Assembly (NCBI RefSeq): GCF_048593235.1
Contig: NC_133620.1
Span: forward strand, 372,339,261-372,403,260
DNA: 64,000 bases
DNA from: Sminthopsis crassicaudata
Taxonomy: Eukaryota
Reading direction: 5' to 3'
A program made the translations under genes and the position numbers. Shown piece after piece: positions 1 through 13,500 of this stretch. The notes beneath the pieces were generated by a model, which made no database searches, was not told the origin of the DNA, and worked only from the letters and a program-made list of their open reading frames with translations. The first letter of the stretch is position 1; each line of letters starts with the position of its first letter.

Positions 1-326
1 TCCTTCAAGGTCCAAAGGTCAAGATTTAGTCTAGCCAGGAAATTCCACAAAATATTCTGAATGTGTATCTAGGAACCATTAGCAGAAACTAAAAAAATAG
101 AATTTGGGTATATGCAGAGTTTTATGGGAATCATGATTTTAAAAAATTTATAAACTAAACTTATGATTAAGATCCTTACACACATAAATGTCAATTCACC
201 TTTAATTATTCCATTTGAGAAAAAGTTTATACCTATTTGTTTCCCAAATGACATATTTTCATATGCTAAGTCCAAGATTAAAGTTACTATTCTTTAGGAA
301 ATTAATGATCTTCTATGATTATTTAC

Positions 327-458
327 CTTCAGCATCCAATGCTCTCACCAGCAGTTCCAATGGAGAATCATCCACATAGAGTTCCCGAGTTCGAGATATA
401 ATTTCAATGCTGTCTATCACATCAACCTTAACATCACAGCGCAGTTCATGGTCAGTCA
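327..458 (-). CDS. NUP210L: NUP210L coding exon 3 (132 nt); gene continues off the left edge of the window
   Basis: ttttag acceptor and GTAAAT donor; encodes (V)TDHELRCDVKVDVIDSIEIISRTRELYVDDSPLELLVRALDAE(G); phase continues from exon 2. Confidence 0.96.
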
Positions 459-689
459 CTAAAATGAACCCAGAACTAAGAATTTAACTCATTAAATCAC
501 AAATCTATTAAACTTCCCAAATTTTTAGATACAGTTAACCCTAATTTGAATGAGAGAAAAGGGTATAATGTTTATAATCATTTGCAATGTTTATAACCAA
601 TGCAATAAGATGCATTAAACATGCAGACTCACAAATCAATGTATTTAAAATATGGTCCAAAGAACCATATCATAGCTTACAAACTTACA

Positions 690-845
690 GCTGGGAAGAG
701 CCGTAAGAGATAATTTACTATAACTCCTCCTTTAACAGAAGAAGAAACTGAGGCTTAAAGTTAAGTGACTTGCTCAAGGTGACAAAGGTACTAAGTAGCA
801 GAACTACAATATGAACTAATGGATTTGATTCTAAATACAGCATTA
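690..845 (-). mobile_element. MIR/MIR3 SINE
   Basis: CORE motif gaaactgaggct..aagtgacttgctcaaggt. Confidence 0.7.
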
Positions 846-1098
846 TTTTTAATAAACCTGTCACACTGCCTCGCTTTTAATATATAAAATGAAATTGATT
901 AGATTAAAAGCTATTTTATATGTATTTTAAAAATATTGCTTAATGTATTTACTATGTAAATACTATGTATTTATTACATGTTTTATCCATTTATTACTTA
1001 CATAAATTTGCTTACACACTGTTTCTTTACTCTGATGTTTTCACAAAATTTTAGGTCCAATTTTATTTACCACAAAGATGAACCAAATCTAATATCAA

Positions 1099-1138
1099 TA
1101 CATATATATATATATACACATACATACATATACACACA
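1099..1138. repeat. Compound (AT)n/(AC)/(ACAT) microsatellite
   Basis: direct reading. Confidence 0.8.
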
Positions 1139-2499
1139 CCATGGGGGGGTGGAAATCACTTAAGAACCACATATAAGTAAAAAATAGCTTACAACCCATT
1201 TTGATAGTTTGGTTCTTCCAGAAAAATATAAAATAAATAAAAAGAAAATAAAATCAATGTACTTAAAATAGGAAACAAAATTTACAACACTAATTTTTTA
1301 AAATTTCTGGTTTAAATTATGATTAGGTAAAGGACAAAGAAAAGGAAGTAGAGGGAAAAGATGATTGAAGGAAAGAATAAATTTGGGGAAGACAGGAGAG
1401 AACAAGGAATAGAGAGACAAAGAAAGTGTCTATAGTTTCTTGTTTGCCTTAGTTATTTCTCCTATGCTTTGTTTAAATATTATTTATTAGCCTACACGAA
1501 AGCATAATATTTCCTGAATGCCTCTATGTAACCAACATCATACAAACAGCTCTCATTCTCCTTTCCACATCCTCCACTACCTAAACCCCTGTAGTTCCTT
1601 CCTGTATCCATACCCTACCCATTTTTGTAAGGTCTTATTCTTCTCCTCAGCTGTCCCCAAATCATAAAGCTTAGTATTCCACCTCATTGTGGCTTGGAGA
1701 AAAGCACATTAGCTGTGAATCAAAGGTTTCAAGTGCACATCCTACCTCTCCCCATGTGATCTTAGCCAAGTCATTTAACATCCCTTGGCCTTGGTTAGAC
1801 AGAGACCTCTGAGGGCCACTGTAGTCTTACCAATGTACCAGGTACCATATTAGCACTGTGGCCACAACCTCCTTCCTTTTCCCGTACATCCAACCACAAA
1901 ATTACAAGATCCTGAAGGATAATCTTTGTATCTTCTTGTGCCTACAATATTACTTTAACAGAGCATTAAATACAGGTAACAAATGGATGGCCTATTAATG
2001 TGCCTCACTTAACTCTTACTTGTTGATTTTTCTTCTCTCTCTCTCCTTCATCTGGGTATTCTATCCACAGTCTTTTTCTTTATAGAGTCCATGGTTTCTC
2101 TCACAGAGGCATGACAAGTCATTTGGAAGAGGAAATCAATTCCCTCTATATAGCTCCAGAGAACAGAACAGAAGCCAAGGATGGAAGTTTAAAGGAGAAA
2201 GATTCAGCTCAATATTAGAAGGAGCCTGCAGAAAATTATGATGTTTGAAAATGGAAGGGGCTACCTTCTGGGATACTAAGTTTCCCATCATAGGATCAAA
2301 GGATTTAGAAATGGGTCATTTCCAAATCATTTAACCTAGCCTGTCCATTTTATAGATGAGAAAACTGAAGTTTAGAAAGGTTAATTGGTTTGTTCAAGTT
2401 TACAGAGGCACTAAGTACTTGGTCAGAAACACAGGTCCTTTGATTACATATCCTGGAGTCCCTTCCATTATAACTCGACCATCTTCTTCTGTAGTTTAA

Positions 2500-2960
2500 A
2501 CTGAGGCTTGATGACAAGATGTGAGAAATATTACAGAAGGAGTTCCTGACTTGTGACAGAAAGTTCCCTAGATAACGCACAACGTCATCTCTTCCAATGT
2601 TAAGATTCTGTGGTTTTAAGCAACAAGGACCTGAAGTAGAGTGACATTGTGGGAGTGACAAGAAAGGTCTATAAAGAGGAAACAAAAGAAGAAGTGATTA
2701 GACTTGACAACCAGATTCCTTATAAGGAATATGAAACACTAAAAGATGATGTTGAGGTTTTAAATCTGCATAATTGAAAGAAGTGCCACTGATAAAAATA
2801 AGGAAGTCAAGAAGATGACTTAGTTTGCAGTAGTTAAGCTCAATTTTGCTCATTCTGAGTTTGAGATGACTAACACATACTACGGTAACATCCATATAAA
2901 GTGGATCAATAAACAGAAATAGGGGACTGGAACGTAGGATGAATGAACACACAGTGTTGA
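2500..2960 (-). mobile_element. Old L2 fragment
   Basis: purine-rich L2-type sequence (gatgatgttgaggtttt...gagtttgagatg); approximate. Confidence 0.5.
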
Positions 2961-3418
2961 TTGTTCACACCTCTCTCTAACAAACTTCTTTTCATCCTCA
3001 ATCATTTGCACATTCTTTCCATCTTTTTGTACTCACATTAACCTGTCTTGCTCCAGAAGACACTACTTCCTTGCCTGCCATCTCCAGTGCTGGCTGTTAT
3101 TTCTTTCATACTGAGCCAGAAAGAAAAGGTGGCATTATCTTTGCTTTCCATTCCAATTTTCTTTTTCTTTTTTGCACAGTAGCTTTGTGTAGATCCCTCT
3201 TTAGGCAGCCTAGTAGTTCCCAGTTCCAACAGGCTCACCGTATTGGTGCCAGACTAAGTGGCTTTATTCCTAAAGCATTTCAGAACTCTCTGAGGTTAAG
3301 CAACCTACCAGCCATAGCCTCTTCAGTAACGGGAATTACATTCATGTACCACTATGCTCAACCCACTTTGACTTTCAAATTCTTCCTCTACTACTACAGT
3401 ATAGAAATCTCTTCTTTG

Positions 3419-4075
3419 AGGGAAAGGGACCTGTATGTGCCAAAATGTTTATGGCAGCCTTTTTGTAGTGGCTAGAAACTGGAAAATTAATGGATGCCCA
3501 TCAATTGGAGAATGGCTGAATAAATTATGGTATATGAATGTTATGGAATATTATTGCTCTGTAAGAAATGATCAGCAGAGTGAATACAGAGAGGCCTGAA
3601 GAGAATAAAATGAACTGATGCTGAGTGAAATGAGCAGAACCAGGAGATTATTATACACTTCAACAATGATACTGTAAGAGGATGTATTCTGATGGAAGTA
3701 GATATCTTTGACAAAGGGAAGATCTAATTCAGTTCCAATTGATCAATGATAGAATCAGCTACACCCAGAAAAGGAACACTGGGAAATGAGCGTGAACTGT
3801 TTGCATTATTTTTACCTTCTGAATCCAATTCTTCCTGTGCAACAAGAGAACTGTTCGGTTCTACACACATATATTGTATCTAAGATATACTATAACATAT
3901 TTAACATGTATAAGACTGCCTGCCATCTAGGGGAGGGGATGGAGAGAAGGAAGGGAAAAGTCAGAACAGAAGTGAGTGCAAGGAATAATGTTGTAAAAAA
4001 TTACCCATGCATATGTACTGTTAATAAAAAGTTATAATAAAAAAATAAATACTTTCATATTTAAAAAAATAAAAA
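3419..4075 (+). mobile_element. 5'-truncated LINE-1 (ORF2 C-terminus and 3'UTR)
   Basis: decayed GKGPVCAKMFMAALFVVARNWKINGCPSIGEWLNKLWY; A-rich tail; 16-bp TSD agaaatctcttctttg at 3403-3418 and 4076-4091. Confidence 0.92.
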
Positions 4076-4493
4076 AGAAATCTCTTCTTTGGAGTCATTC
4101 CACTTCCAACAATATTTGACCCAAATCCTCTTTCTTGTGATTTATCAGCTTCCAGATCCCTCTCCTCCTTTCCAAAAGGATTTGCCACTGAAAAAAATTG
4201 AACTTCTTCTGTATCATTTTATTGATCCTACTTACAATTAATTGCTTTTGTCCTATAACTACTTAAATCAAGGTTCTTTGTCTCTGAACTTAGTTCAGAG
4301 ATTCAATTGATCTATAATGGATTAAGTTTAAAAATCCAGCTCTCCTGATCTAGTCTTGCTCAAGGAATTTAGCTGACCTTGGAGGGATGGGTACACCATC
4401 AAGCTATCGTTCAAGGATGTCTGGTTTGTTATATTGTACCTGGACTCTCATGAGGGAAAGGGGATTGTTGCTAGTCCCTATTACCAAACTTTC

Positions 4494-4931
4494 TTTCTTC
4501 TTCTTTTTTTTTTTAACTTTTTTTTATTTATAATTTTTTTCACAATATATATGCATGAGTAATTTTTTTAATAATATCCCTTGTATTCATTTTTCCAAAT
4601 TATGCCCTCCCTCCCTCTACTCCCTCCCCCTGATGACAGGCAATCCCATACATTTTACATATGTTACAATATAACCTAGATACAATATATGTGTGTAAAT
4701 ACCATTTTCTTATTGCACATTAAGTATTAGATTCCGAAGGTATAAGTAACCTGGGTAGATAGACAGTAGTGCTAACAATTTACATTCACTTCCCAGTGTT
4801 CCTTCTCTGGGTGTAGTTATTTCTGTCCATCATTGATCAACTGGAAGTGAGTTGGATCTTCTTTATGTTGAAGATATCCACTTCCATCAGAATACATCTT
4901 CATACAACATTGAAGTGTACAGCGATCTTCT
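4494..4931 (-). mobile_element. 5'-truncated LINE-1 3' end
   Basis: T-rich tail on plus; 15-bp TSD tattaccaaactttc at 4479-4493 and 4932-4946; inverted similarity to the 3419 copy. Confidence 0.9.
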
Positions 4932-5769
4932 TATTACCAAACTTTCAAACAATCATATTATTCCCCTTGCCTAAGCTCTTTAACCAATCATGTTGTCCTC
5001 AATCCCATCTACAATTATCATCTATCCTGTTCCTTTTTTTTTTTTTTTTTTGTCCTGTACTCCCAAAACCTGTATAAGGGGTACAATACACAGGTGCATG
5101 TATACACACATACACAATCCCTGAAGCCCAGCTTACCAAACTACTAAAATGCTATGAACTTATATGATCTCTCTTCCTCTTTTTCTCTGCCTATACACAC
5201 ACATATATACATACACACATATATTTATATGTACATCTATAATATAAAGCACCCCTGTAAATAACCTTAATGCCTAAGGGTTCACAGAAGTTCTCCAATT
5301 AAACTGCTATGACTTATTCTAGCTCAAGCAACTCTCAGATAAGGAAAGTACCTCTATCAATACAGATTGGCACCCTCTTTGCAACTTATTAAGAGAGTTG
5401 TCTAGCACACAGACTCAAATAGAAATATGCACTAAACATAAGGATCTCTTTAATTGCCTATTGACTTAGAAAACCACATGTTAACATTACCTATGTTCTA
5501 CTGAATTTTTATTTTAATAAATATTTCTCAATTATATTTTAATTTGGTTCTAGAGGACTAATCTGGTCTAAAAGTTAAGTAGGTAGCCTGTGACCAAACC
5601 ACCAATATATGTCAAGAAGCAGAACTTGAACCCATGTCTTTCTGATGCCAAGGTCAGCTCTTTCTCCATTTGTCTTTGCCCCATACTGTACATATGTACA
5701 TTACACTATATATATTACCAAAGTAGTACATGTAACAGGAACCTGTGATTCACTGACATGAGAAAATTC

Positions 5770-6440
5770 TTTAATTTTTTTTATTGAAGCTTTTTATTTT
5801 CAAAACATATATAAGGATAATTTTTCACCATTGACCCTCATAAAATCTTGTGTTCCAATTACCCTTTTCCCCTCACCCCCTTCCTTAGTTGGCAAGTAAT
5901 ACAATATATGTTAAACATGGTAAAAATATGCATAAATCCAACATAGGCATACATATTTATACAATTATCATGCTGCACAAGAAAAATCAGATAAAAAAGG
6001 GAAAAAATGAGAAAGAAAATAAAATTCAAGCAAACAATAAAAAAGTGAAAATGCTATGTTGTGATCCACACTCAGTTTCCACAGTCTCTCTCTTGTGTAG
6101 ATGGCTCTCTTCATCATGAGATCATTGGAACTAGCCTGAATTGACTCATTGTTGAAAAGAATCACATCCATCAGAATTGATCATTGTATAATCTTGCTGT
6201 TGCCGTGTACAATGATCTCCTGGTTCTGCTCATTTCATTCACCATCAGTTCATGTAAGTCTCTCTGAGATTCTCTGAAATCATCCTGATGATTGTTTCTT
6301 AGAGAACCATAAGATTTTATAATATTTATATATCATATTCAGCCATTCTCCAACTGATGAGCATCCACTCAGTTTCCAGTTTCTTATCACTACAAAATGC
6401 CACAAGCATTTTTGTACAAATGGGTCCCTTTCCTTTCCTT
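5770..6440 (-). mobile_element. 5'-truncated LINE-1 3' end (different 3'UTR subfamily)
   Basis: reverse complement of L1 ORF2 end (gcatccactcagtttccagtttctt...); possible short TSD aaaattc. Confidence 0.85.
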
Positions 6441-6528
6441 AAAATTCATGAGAAAAGTCTTGATTAAGAAACTCCTACAAATGCAGGTCAGCAGCTTTGC
6501 TACAACTTCAGAGCCTTAGAAAGTTGCC

Positions 6529-6727
6529 CAGAGCAATTCTTCTTAAACTGTGAGTTTCAATCCCATATGTGATTACATAACTCCCATAATGTGGGAGTCA
6601 TGAAATTATGATTTAATATCAGTAAATTATTTGTTTACTTATTTTATATACCTATATACTTGAGATCATGTTAAAAAAATTCTCAGGTGAAAAGGAGTCA
6701 CAAGTAGAAAAAGTTTAAGAAGCCCTG
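6529..6727. mobile_element. Non-autonomous hAT-Charlie DNA transposon
   Basis: ends cagagc..cttcttaaac and gtttaagaagccctg are inverted; followed by gcctagaa, a hAT-type target. Confidence 0.6.
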
Positions 6728-7849
6728 GCCTAGAACATAGAGAAATCACTTTTATTGGGTCAGTATGTATTAGAGATACTATCTGAATTCAGATCTTCCT
6801 AGCTTTGAGGACAGCTTTCTATCCATTATGCCACAGATGTCTCCAATACATGTATATAACTTATATAATAGGTAAATGTAGATATATTATGGGTGTATGC
6901 TCAAAATAAATTTATTTAGTGAAGTACATGATCAAAAAAATTTAAAAACTATTAGCCCAGGAAATAAAAAGGTGATGAGGATAGTAGACTATAGTAGCCA
7001 TATGAACAGAGACAAAAGGATTAGAGAAAGAGATCCTATAATATATAGATTTTTAAGACATAACAACTTCCTGGATATATAGAATAAGGAAAAATGAGAT
7101 GAAAATGGTTACTAGGTTACTGGACAGAAATAGGGAAGTTCAGAAAAGGGGTATATTTCAAATATTTGAAGGGTTATCATCTAGAAGAAGTAATACATTT
7201 GAACTACTTTGGCCTCACATGATACAACTAAAAGCAACAGAAGTAGAATTTGCAAAGGTAAATTCAGTATTGATGAAACACAGAACTTCCTAACCTATGT
7301 AAAAACCTATTGTCTTCCTTGCATGGTAGTAAATGTCAACTCCTTGGAAATTTTAAAATAAAGTCTGAAACAAACTAAAAAGAGAATTATTAAAATATGG
7401 GTTGCTTTTGAGATCCTTCCTAATTTTTATACTCTTTGTAATTCTACACTATTCTTTTCAGTGGGCATTCCAAATGCATTTCCCTAACCTGCTTAGATGT
7501 ATTCACTGAAGCTACCTATCAAAAGTCCAGTCATCATACACCTCAAACCCCATCTCGTACTCCTTCCTCCATTCACTCTTCTCCTTAGTTCTTGTCTATA
7601 AAGATGTGATCCTTCTCCTTGCCAAGATCCACTTCTGTAACCAAGCCATGTTCTTTGATCTTTCTTTCTTCTCACCTTCAACTTCTCAAACATTTCTAGA
7701 TCTCATCTAGCTTATTTAAAAAAAACCTCTACCACCCCACGATGCTCCCTCTCAAGCTGATGTTTCTCCTTTATTTTACTGCCAGATAACAGAAAGAACT
7801 GTTTAAACACTTTCTCTTCATTCACTTTTTAATTGTTTTTTAAGTCCTA

Positions 7850-8072
7850 TTTGACTCTTCATGACCCCATTTGGAATTTTCTTGGCAAAGATACAGGAGA
7901 GGTTTGCCAATTTCTACTCTAGCTTATTTTACAGATAATGAAATTGAGGCTAAGAAAGATAAGTGACTTGCCCAGGATCACACAGCTAGGCAGTGTCTGA
8001 AGACTGATTTGAACTCAGGAAAAAATTCTTATTCCAGGTCCAATGTGATATCCACTTATCACTTGGCTGCCC
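7850..8072 (-). mobile_element. MAR1-like marsupial CORE-SINE (MIR core plus RTE tail)
   Basis: ttttcttggcaaagatac tail plus core aagtgacttgcccaggatcacacagctag. Confidence 0.75.
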
Positions 8073-8319
8073 TCTCACTAACCTTTCAGTTTGTAGCAGT
8101 TATTCTCCTGGAGCTACCAAAACTCTTTAACTACTCATTCCAAAGGCTTTTGTAGTCCACATCCTCCATGACTTCTATACAGCTTCTGATACCTCTAACA
8201 ACTCTCTTCATTCCAATTCAATTCCTCAAGTATTTATGAAGAGCTATGTGAAAGGCACTGTGTTAGGTACAGGGGATACAAAGACAAAAATGAAGCTGCT
8301 TTTAATGAACTCATCCTCC

Positions 8320-11300
8320 TGAACATTCTCTCTGACCTTTCAGTCTCTTTTTGGGCCCTGCTCTGTCCAGGTTCTTCTTTTCAGGCTCTTGTTAGATCAG
8401 CATTCATTTTTTGCACCCAGGATTTTGTCCTGAGCCCTCTTTTTTTCCTCTCAGAGATCTCAAAGGCTCCCATGTGGACAATGATTACCTCTACAAAAAT
8501 TGCTCCCAAATCTATATACTATCTCAACCTTTCTATTTAATAAACATATCCTCTGCACTACAATATATGCTAACTCTTGAATTTCAGTGCCAATTAACTG
8601 TCCACAGGCTGAAAGAAGTTTGCAACTTGGTATCTCTATTCAGAACTCTGCTTCTCTCACTAAACTTGCTCCTTCAGAATTTTCTCTTCTCAGTCATTCG
8701 GATTCATAGCCTCAAAGTTACCCTTGACTCTTCCTGCTTCTTCCATATCCAATCAGTTCCTAATTCCATAGTTCTTACTTTTTCTCGAGTGAGCTAACAT
8801 ACATAAAGGACATTCTGGCAATTAGACAGAGCCACAGATATCTCAGGGCTCTCTTCTTTTCTTCCTCTATACCATTTCACTTAGTAATCTCATCTGCTTT
8901 CATGGCTCCAATTATCTCTAGACACAATGATTTAGATCTACTTGTCCATCCCATATTCTCTTCCCCATCTCCACTCTCACATCTTTAACTGCCTTTTAGA
9001 CTTCTTGAACTGGATGTTTCATAGACATCTTATACCCAGTTAAGGTGCAATGTAGGGACCATTGAGATGGCAAAGAGGATGGAGCATTGAGACTGGAGTC
9101 AAGAAGACCAGAGTTCAAATCTAGCCTTTGACACTACCTGTATGACCTAGAGCAAGTCATTTAACTTGGCTGTCTCAATTTCTTCAACTTTAAAGTAAGG
9201 GTAATAATAGCTCCTATCTCATAGAACTATTTAAGTTGGAAGGATCAATTGAGTTATTTGTAAAGGACCTAACAGTTCACTTCACATAGTAGAGACACTG
9301 TATAAATGCTAGCTATTATTATAATTATAATTAGCAATTATGTTCAAAACAAAACTCATTTTTCTTTCTTTCAAAAATACTTCTTCCTCACTTCCTTATT
9401 ACTGTTGAGAGTACCAATACCATCTGTCACCCAGACTTACTCTCTCACCTCCATCCCTTCTATCATTGTCCTGTAGTTTCTCCCTGTATAATGTTTCATA
9501 TTTTCACTTCCTTTCTTTCATTTGACATTATAATCCCCCTAATATAAAGCTTCATCATCACATGGCTAAAATATTGCAATAATTCTCTTCCTGAAGTCAA
9601 AAGATCCCATTCAAATCCAACCTTTCCCCCTTTGTCAAATAGATCTTCCTAAAATACAGGTCTGACCATAAAACCCAACTATTTAATAAACTTCAGTGGC
9701 TCCACATTACCCCTAAGACCAAAAATGAAATCCTGTTTGCCTCCAAAGCTCTTCATAACCTGCCTGCCTATAACCAGTACTTTCTGCCTTTCCAGTCTTC
9801 TGACACCTTTCTCCCTTCCATGTCCTCTAACCTACTGACAGGGACCTCTGAGCTATTCCTATCACACAATGTTTTTGCTCCCACACCTGCAATACTCTCC
9901 CCTCTCATTTCTGCCTTCTTTGTCTTTTCTCATGTTTCAACTAAAGTTCCACCTTCTGCAAGAAGCTTTTCCTTTTTTTCTTTAATCCTAGTACCCTCTC
10001 CTCTCAGACTATCTCCAATCTATGGTTTTAGTAGGGGCAACTGGGTGGTACAGTAGATTAGAGCACCAAGCCTAGAATCAGAAACACTCCTCTTCTTGAG
10101 ATCAAATCTGGCCTCAGATACTAGTAACGAAGAGCCAGACATCATTAGAAAATAGCTGAACAAAAATTGTTGTACACAGCCATGTGCATGTTGTCTCTTT
10201 TTTTTTTTCCTTCCTTTGTATTCTTAGTGCTTAACAGTGTCTGGCACATAATAGTCATCTAATAAACACCAGTTAACTGAAGAAGGCTGTACTAAGGACT
10301 GAGGAATATTTGAGTTTGAGTGCTAGCCTCAAACACTATATGATCTTAAGTCATTTAACATCTCAGCCTTAATTCTTCATGGGTAAAATGAAGATAAGCA
10401 TAGTAATAAGTTTCAACTCTCATAGCTGTTGTGAGGACCCAATGAAATAACTAATGAAAGCCATTTTGCAAATCTTAAAACACTATATAAATGCAAGCTA
10501 TAATAATAATTATAATAATTATTATTTTCTCCACTCATATCCACCAATTTAGTTCAGGCTTTTATCATCTCTCTCCTGGATTATTGTAATAGCCTCCTAA
10601 ATGGCCTTGTTTCCAATCCATCTTTTACCCAAGCTGTCAAAATAATTTTCCTAAGGCAGAGGAATGATCAGGTTACTCCACAGCTCAGAAAGCAGAATAT
10701 AAACTCCTTAGCCTAGCATTTAAAGTTCTAAAGAAAACTTTACACTTTACACTCTTTCAGTGGTCCTCAAACTTTTTAAATAGGGGGCCAGCTCACTGTC
10801 TCTCAGACTGTGGGAGGGCTGGACTACAGTAAAAACAAAAGCTCATGCTCTGTCTCCGCCCCTCAGCCCATTTGCCATAACCAGGCGGGCCACATTTAGT
10901 TTGAGAATCCCTGCAAATCCCAGTCAATTGTAGACTGTGGAGGCTTACATTTTTCAACTCAACCAGTTGTGTTCTGTGAGGGTGGGACATCAGACCAAGG
11001 AAGATTTCTGGAGCCTGTGTTTAGAAACACTGAGTGGGTCAACCTCATTTCATACTACTCCCTTCACACATATTCTACAAACCAGTCAAAAGAGGACAGT
11101 TTGACTCCAAATGGCACAAGCCATTTCTCAAGCCTTCAATATATTTCTGTCTCATCTCTGTTTCACAAAATCTCGGCTTTTCTGCATAACTCAGTTCATC
11201 TCCTCTCTCTCTTCTATAAATTATTCCCCGATTCTCATAGTTTTAATATATTCTCCTGAATTTTCTTTGTACCACATTCATCTATTTGTAATAGTAATCC

Positions 11301-11400
11301 CACCACATACACTCACTCCTCCTTGATGAAAAGCACTTCTATGGCTTTCTATCATCCCTAACATTTAGCACTTACTAGTCTGGTAACTAGTACTTAAAAT
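8320..11400 (+). mobile_element. Fragmented old L2 interrupted by MIRs (about 9040-9330 and 10285-10500), a SINE head (about 10024-10135) and a hAT element
   Basis: pyrimidine-rich L2 ORF2-like pieces and L2 3' end gtctggcacataatagtcatctaataaa; boundaries approximate. Confidence 0.6.
10758..10913 (+). mobile_element. Non-autonomous OC1 (OposCharlie1)-like hAT element
   Basis: TIRs CAGTGGTCCTCAAACT and AGTTTGAGAATCCCTG (13/16 inverted match); 5' part resembles the OC1/nhAT1 consensus from memory. Confidence 0.7.
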
Positions 11401-11870
11401 ATTTGTTGAACAACATTTTCTAATCCATCAGTCACCTTCTGGCTTTGTCTCCATATTATTAGACTATATTTAGTATAGTACTCAGATTAGACCCTGTAAT
11501 AAAATTCTCATTTGAACACAAGGATTCCTTATTGCTAACCACTAAGCCTAACTATGGCAGCCATCATGACTATGGAGGTACTTAAAACAAGAGCAGGCGT
11601 AATAAAGGAGAAGGACGGGAAGGAATTCCCACAGAATTGACGCTATCTGAGCGCAGGCAGAGTCCCTCGTCACCCTCCAGGTTTGTATCATCAGGAGAGT
11701 TCGGAACCATACTTGTCTATCCAGGTAAGCGGGGGACACTGCACCTCTGTCTTAAATTGAAAAAATGCTCTGCTCAGTCTTCTAACTTTAAATACCATTG
11801 CTGATCATCTGTGAACGCCCCTGGATGATCGAATCCCAGACCTATTTGAATTTGTTTCTTCTCAACCTAC

Positions 11871-12007
11871 CTATTTCTCGAGCTAGGATAACACTGCTGA
11901 GGCGTATTGGTTGGGTAGATTCAGCAATAAGTATAGCTCTTTGAGAACACAAGGTACTGTTTTCATACAGAGGCTCAACGGTGACTGCATCATGATGGCT
12001 AGAATGC
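11871..12007 (-). CDS. NUP210L: NUP210L coding exon 2 (137 nt)
   Basis: cctggcag acceptor and GTAGGT donor; (W)HSSHHDAVTVEPLYENSTLCSQRAILIAESTQPIRLSSVILAREI. Confidence 0.96.
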
Positions 12008-12599
12008 CTGCCAGGACAAAGAACTCAAGCATGAAAGAGTGAACTCGTGTAGAGTTGCTTTTACCTAGAAAAAAATCCCCAATTCTTTTCTAGTTCATAA
12101 AGTACCTAATGAAGAGAGTGCTCAAGCTTTATAGGACTTGAGAAGGTTCTTAAAAAGTTTTTTTTTTTTTTTTAAAGTTCCCTTTGCCCAAAATCTCTGG
12201 AATTAGTCTTTCTTCCCCTAAACCTGTAAGATCAAACTCAATTTGTATCTTCATTGTAGGGAGACTGGTGTCTTCACAGAAGCTGGGACCTGAAGAGGTC
12301 CAGAATGAGGGTCACATAACGTGCTTAAGGGAAAAAAAAAAAAAAAAAAAAAGCCAAGTTTACTCTTGCATCCCTTCAACTCAAGAGTCATTAAACTACA
12401 CTTGTTTCTTTGTATCTCTACCCAAAAAGTTCCTTAGACTCTGGGAAGGGGTCTAACCACAGGTTAGTCCCCTTCACAGTCCTGATGACTTGGGACCGTC
12501 ATTTTCCAAAGAAGCCTGAGAAGCCCACAGTCATTTGATCCCGTGGACCTTTCGCTTTGGGGGAGAGGGGCTAAAGGAGCTCATTCTCTAGAAGGGTCC

Positions 12600-13500
<901 letters not shown>

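Noticed and set aside
11715-11735. CTTACCTGG on minus resembling the U1 snRNA 5' end
   Set aside because: Downstream sequence does not match U1; it is just the complement of a splice donor.
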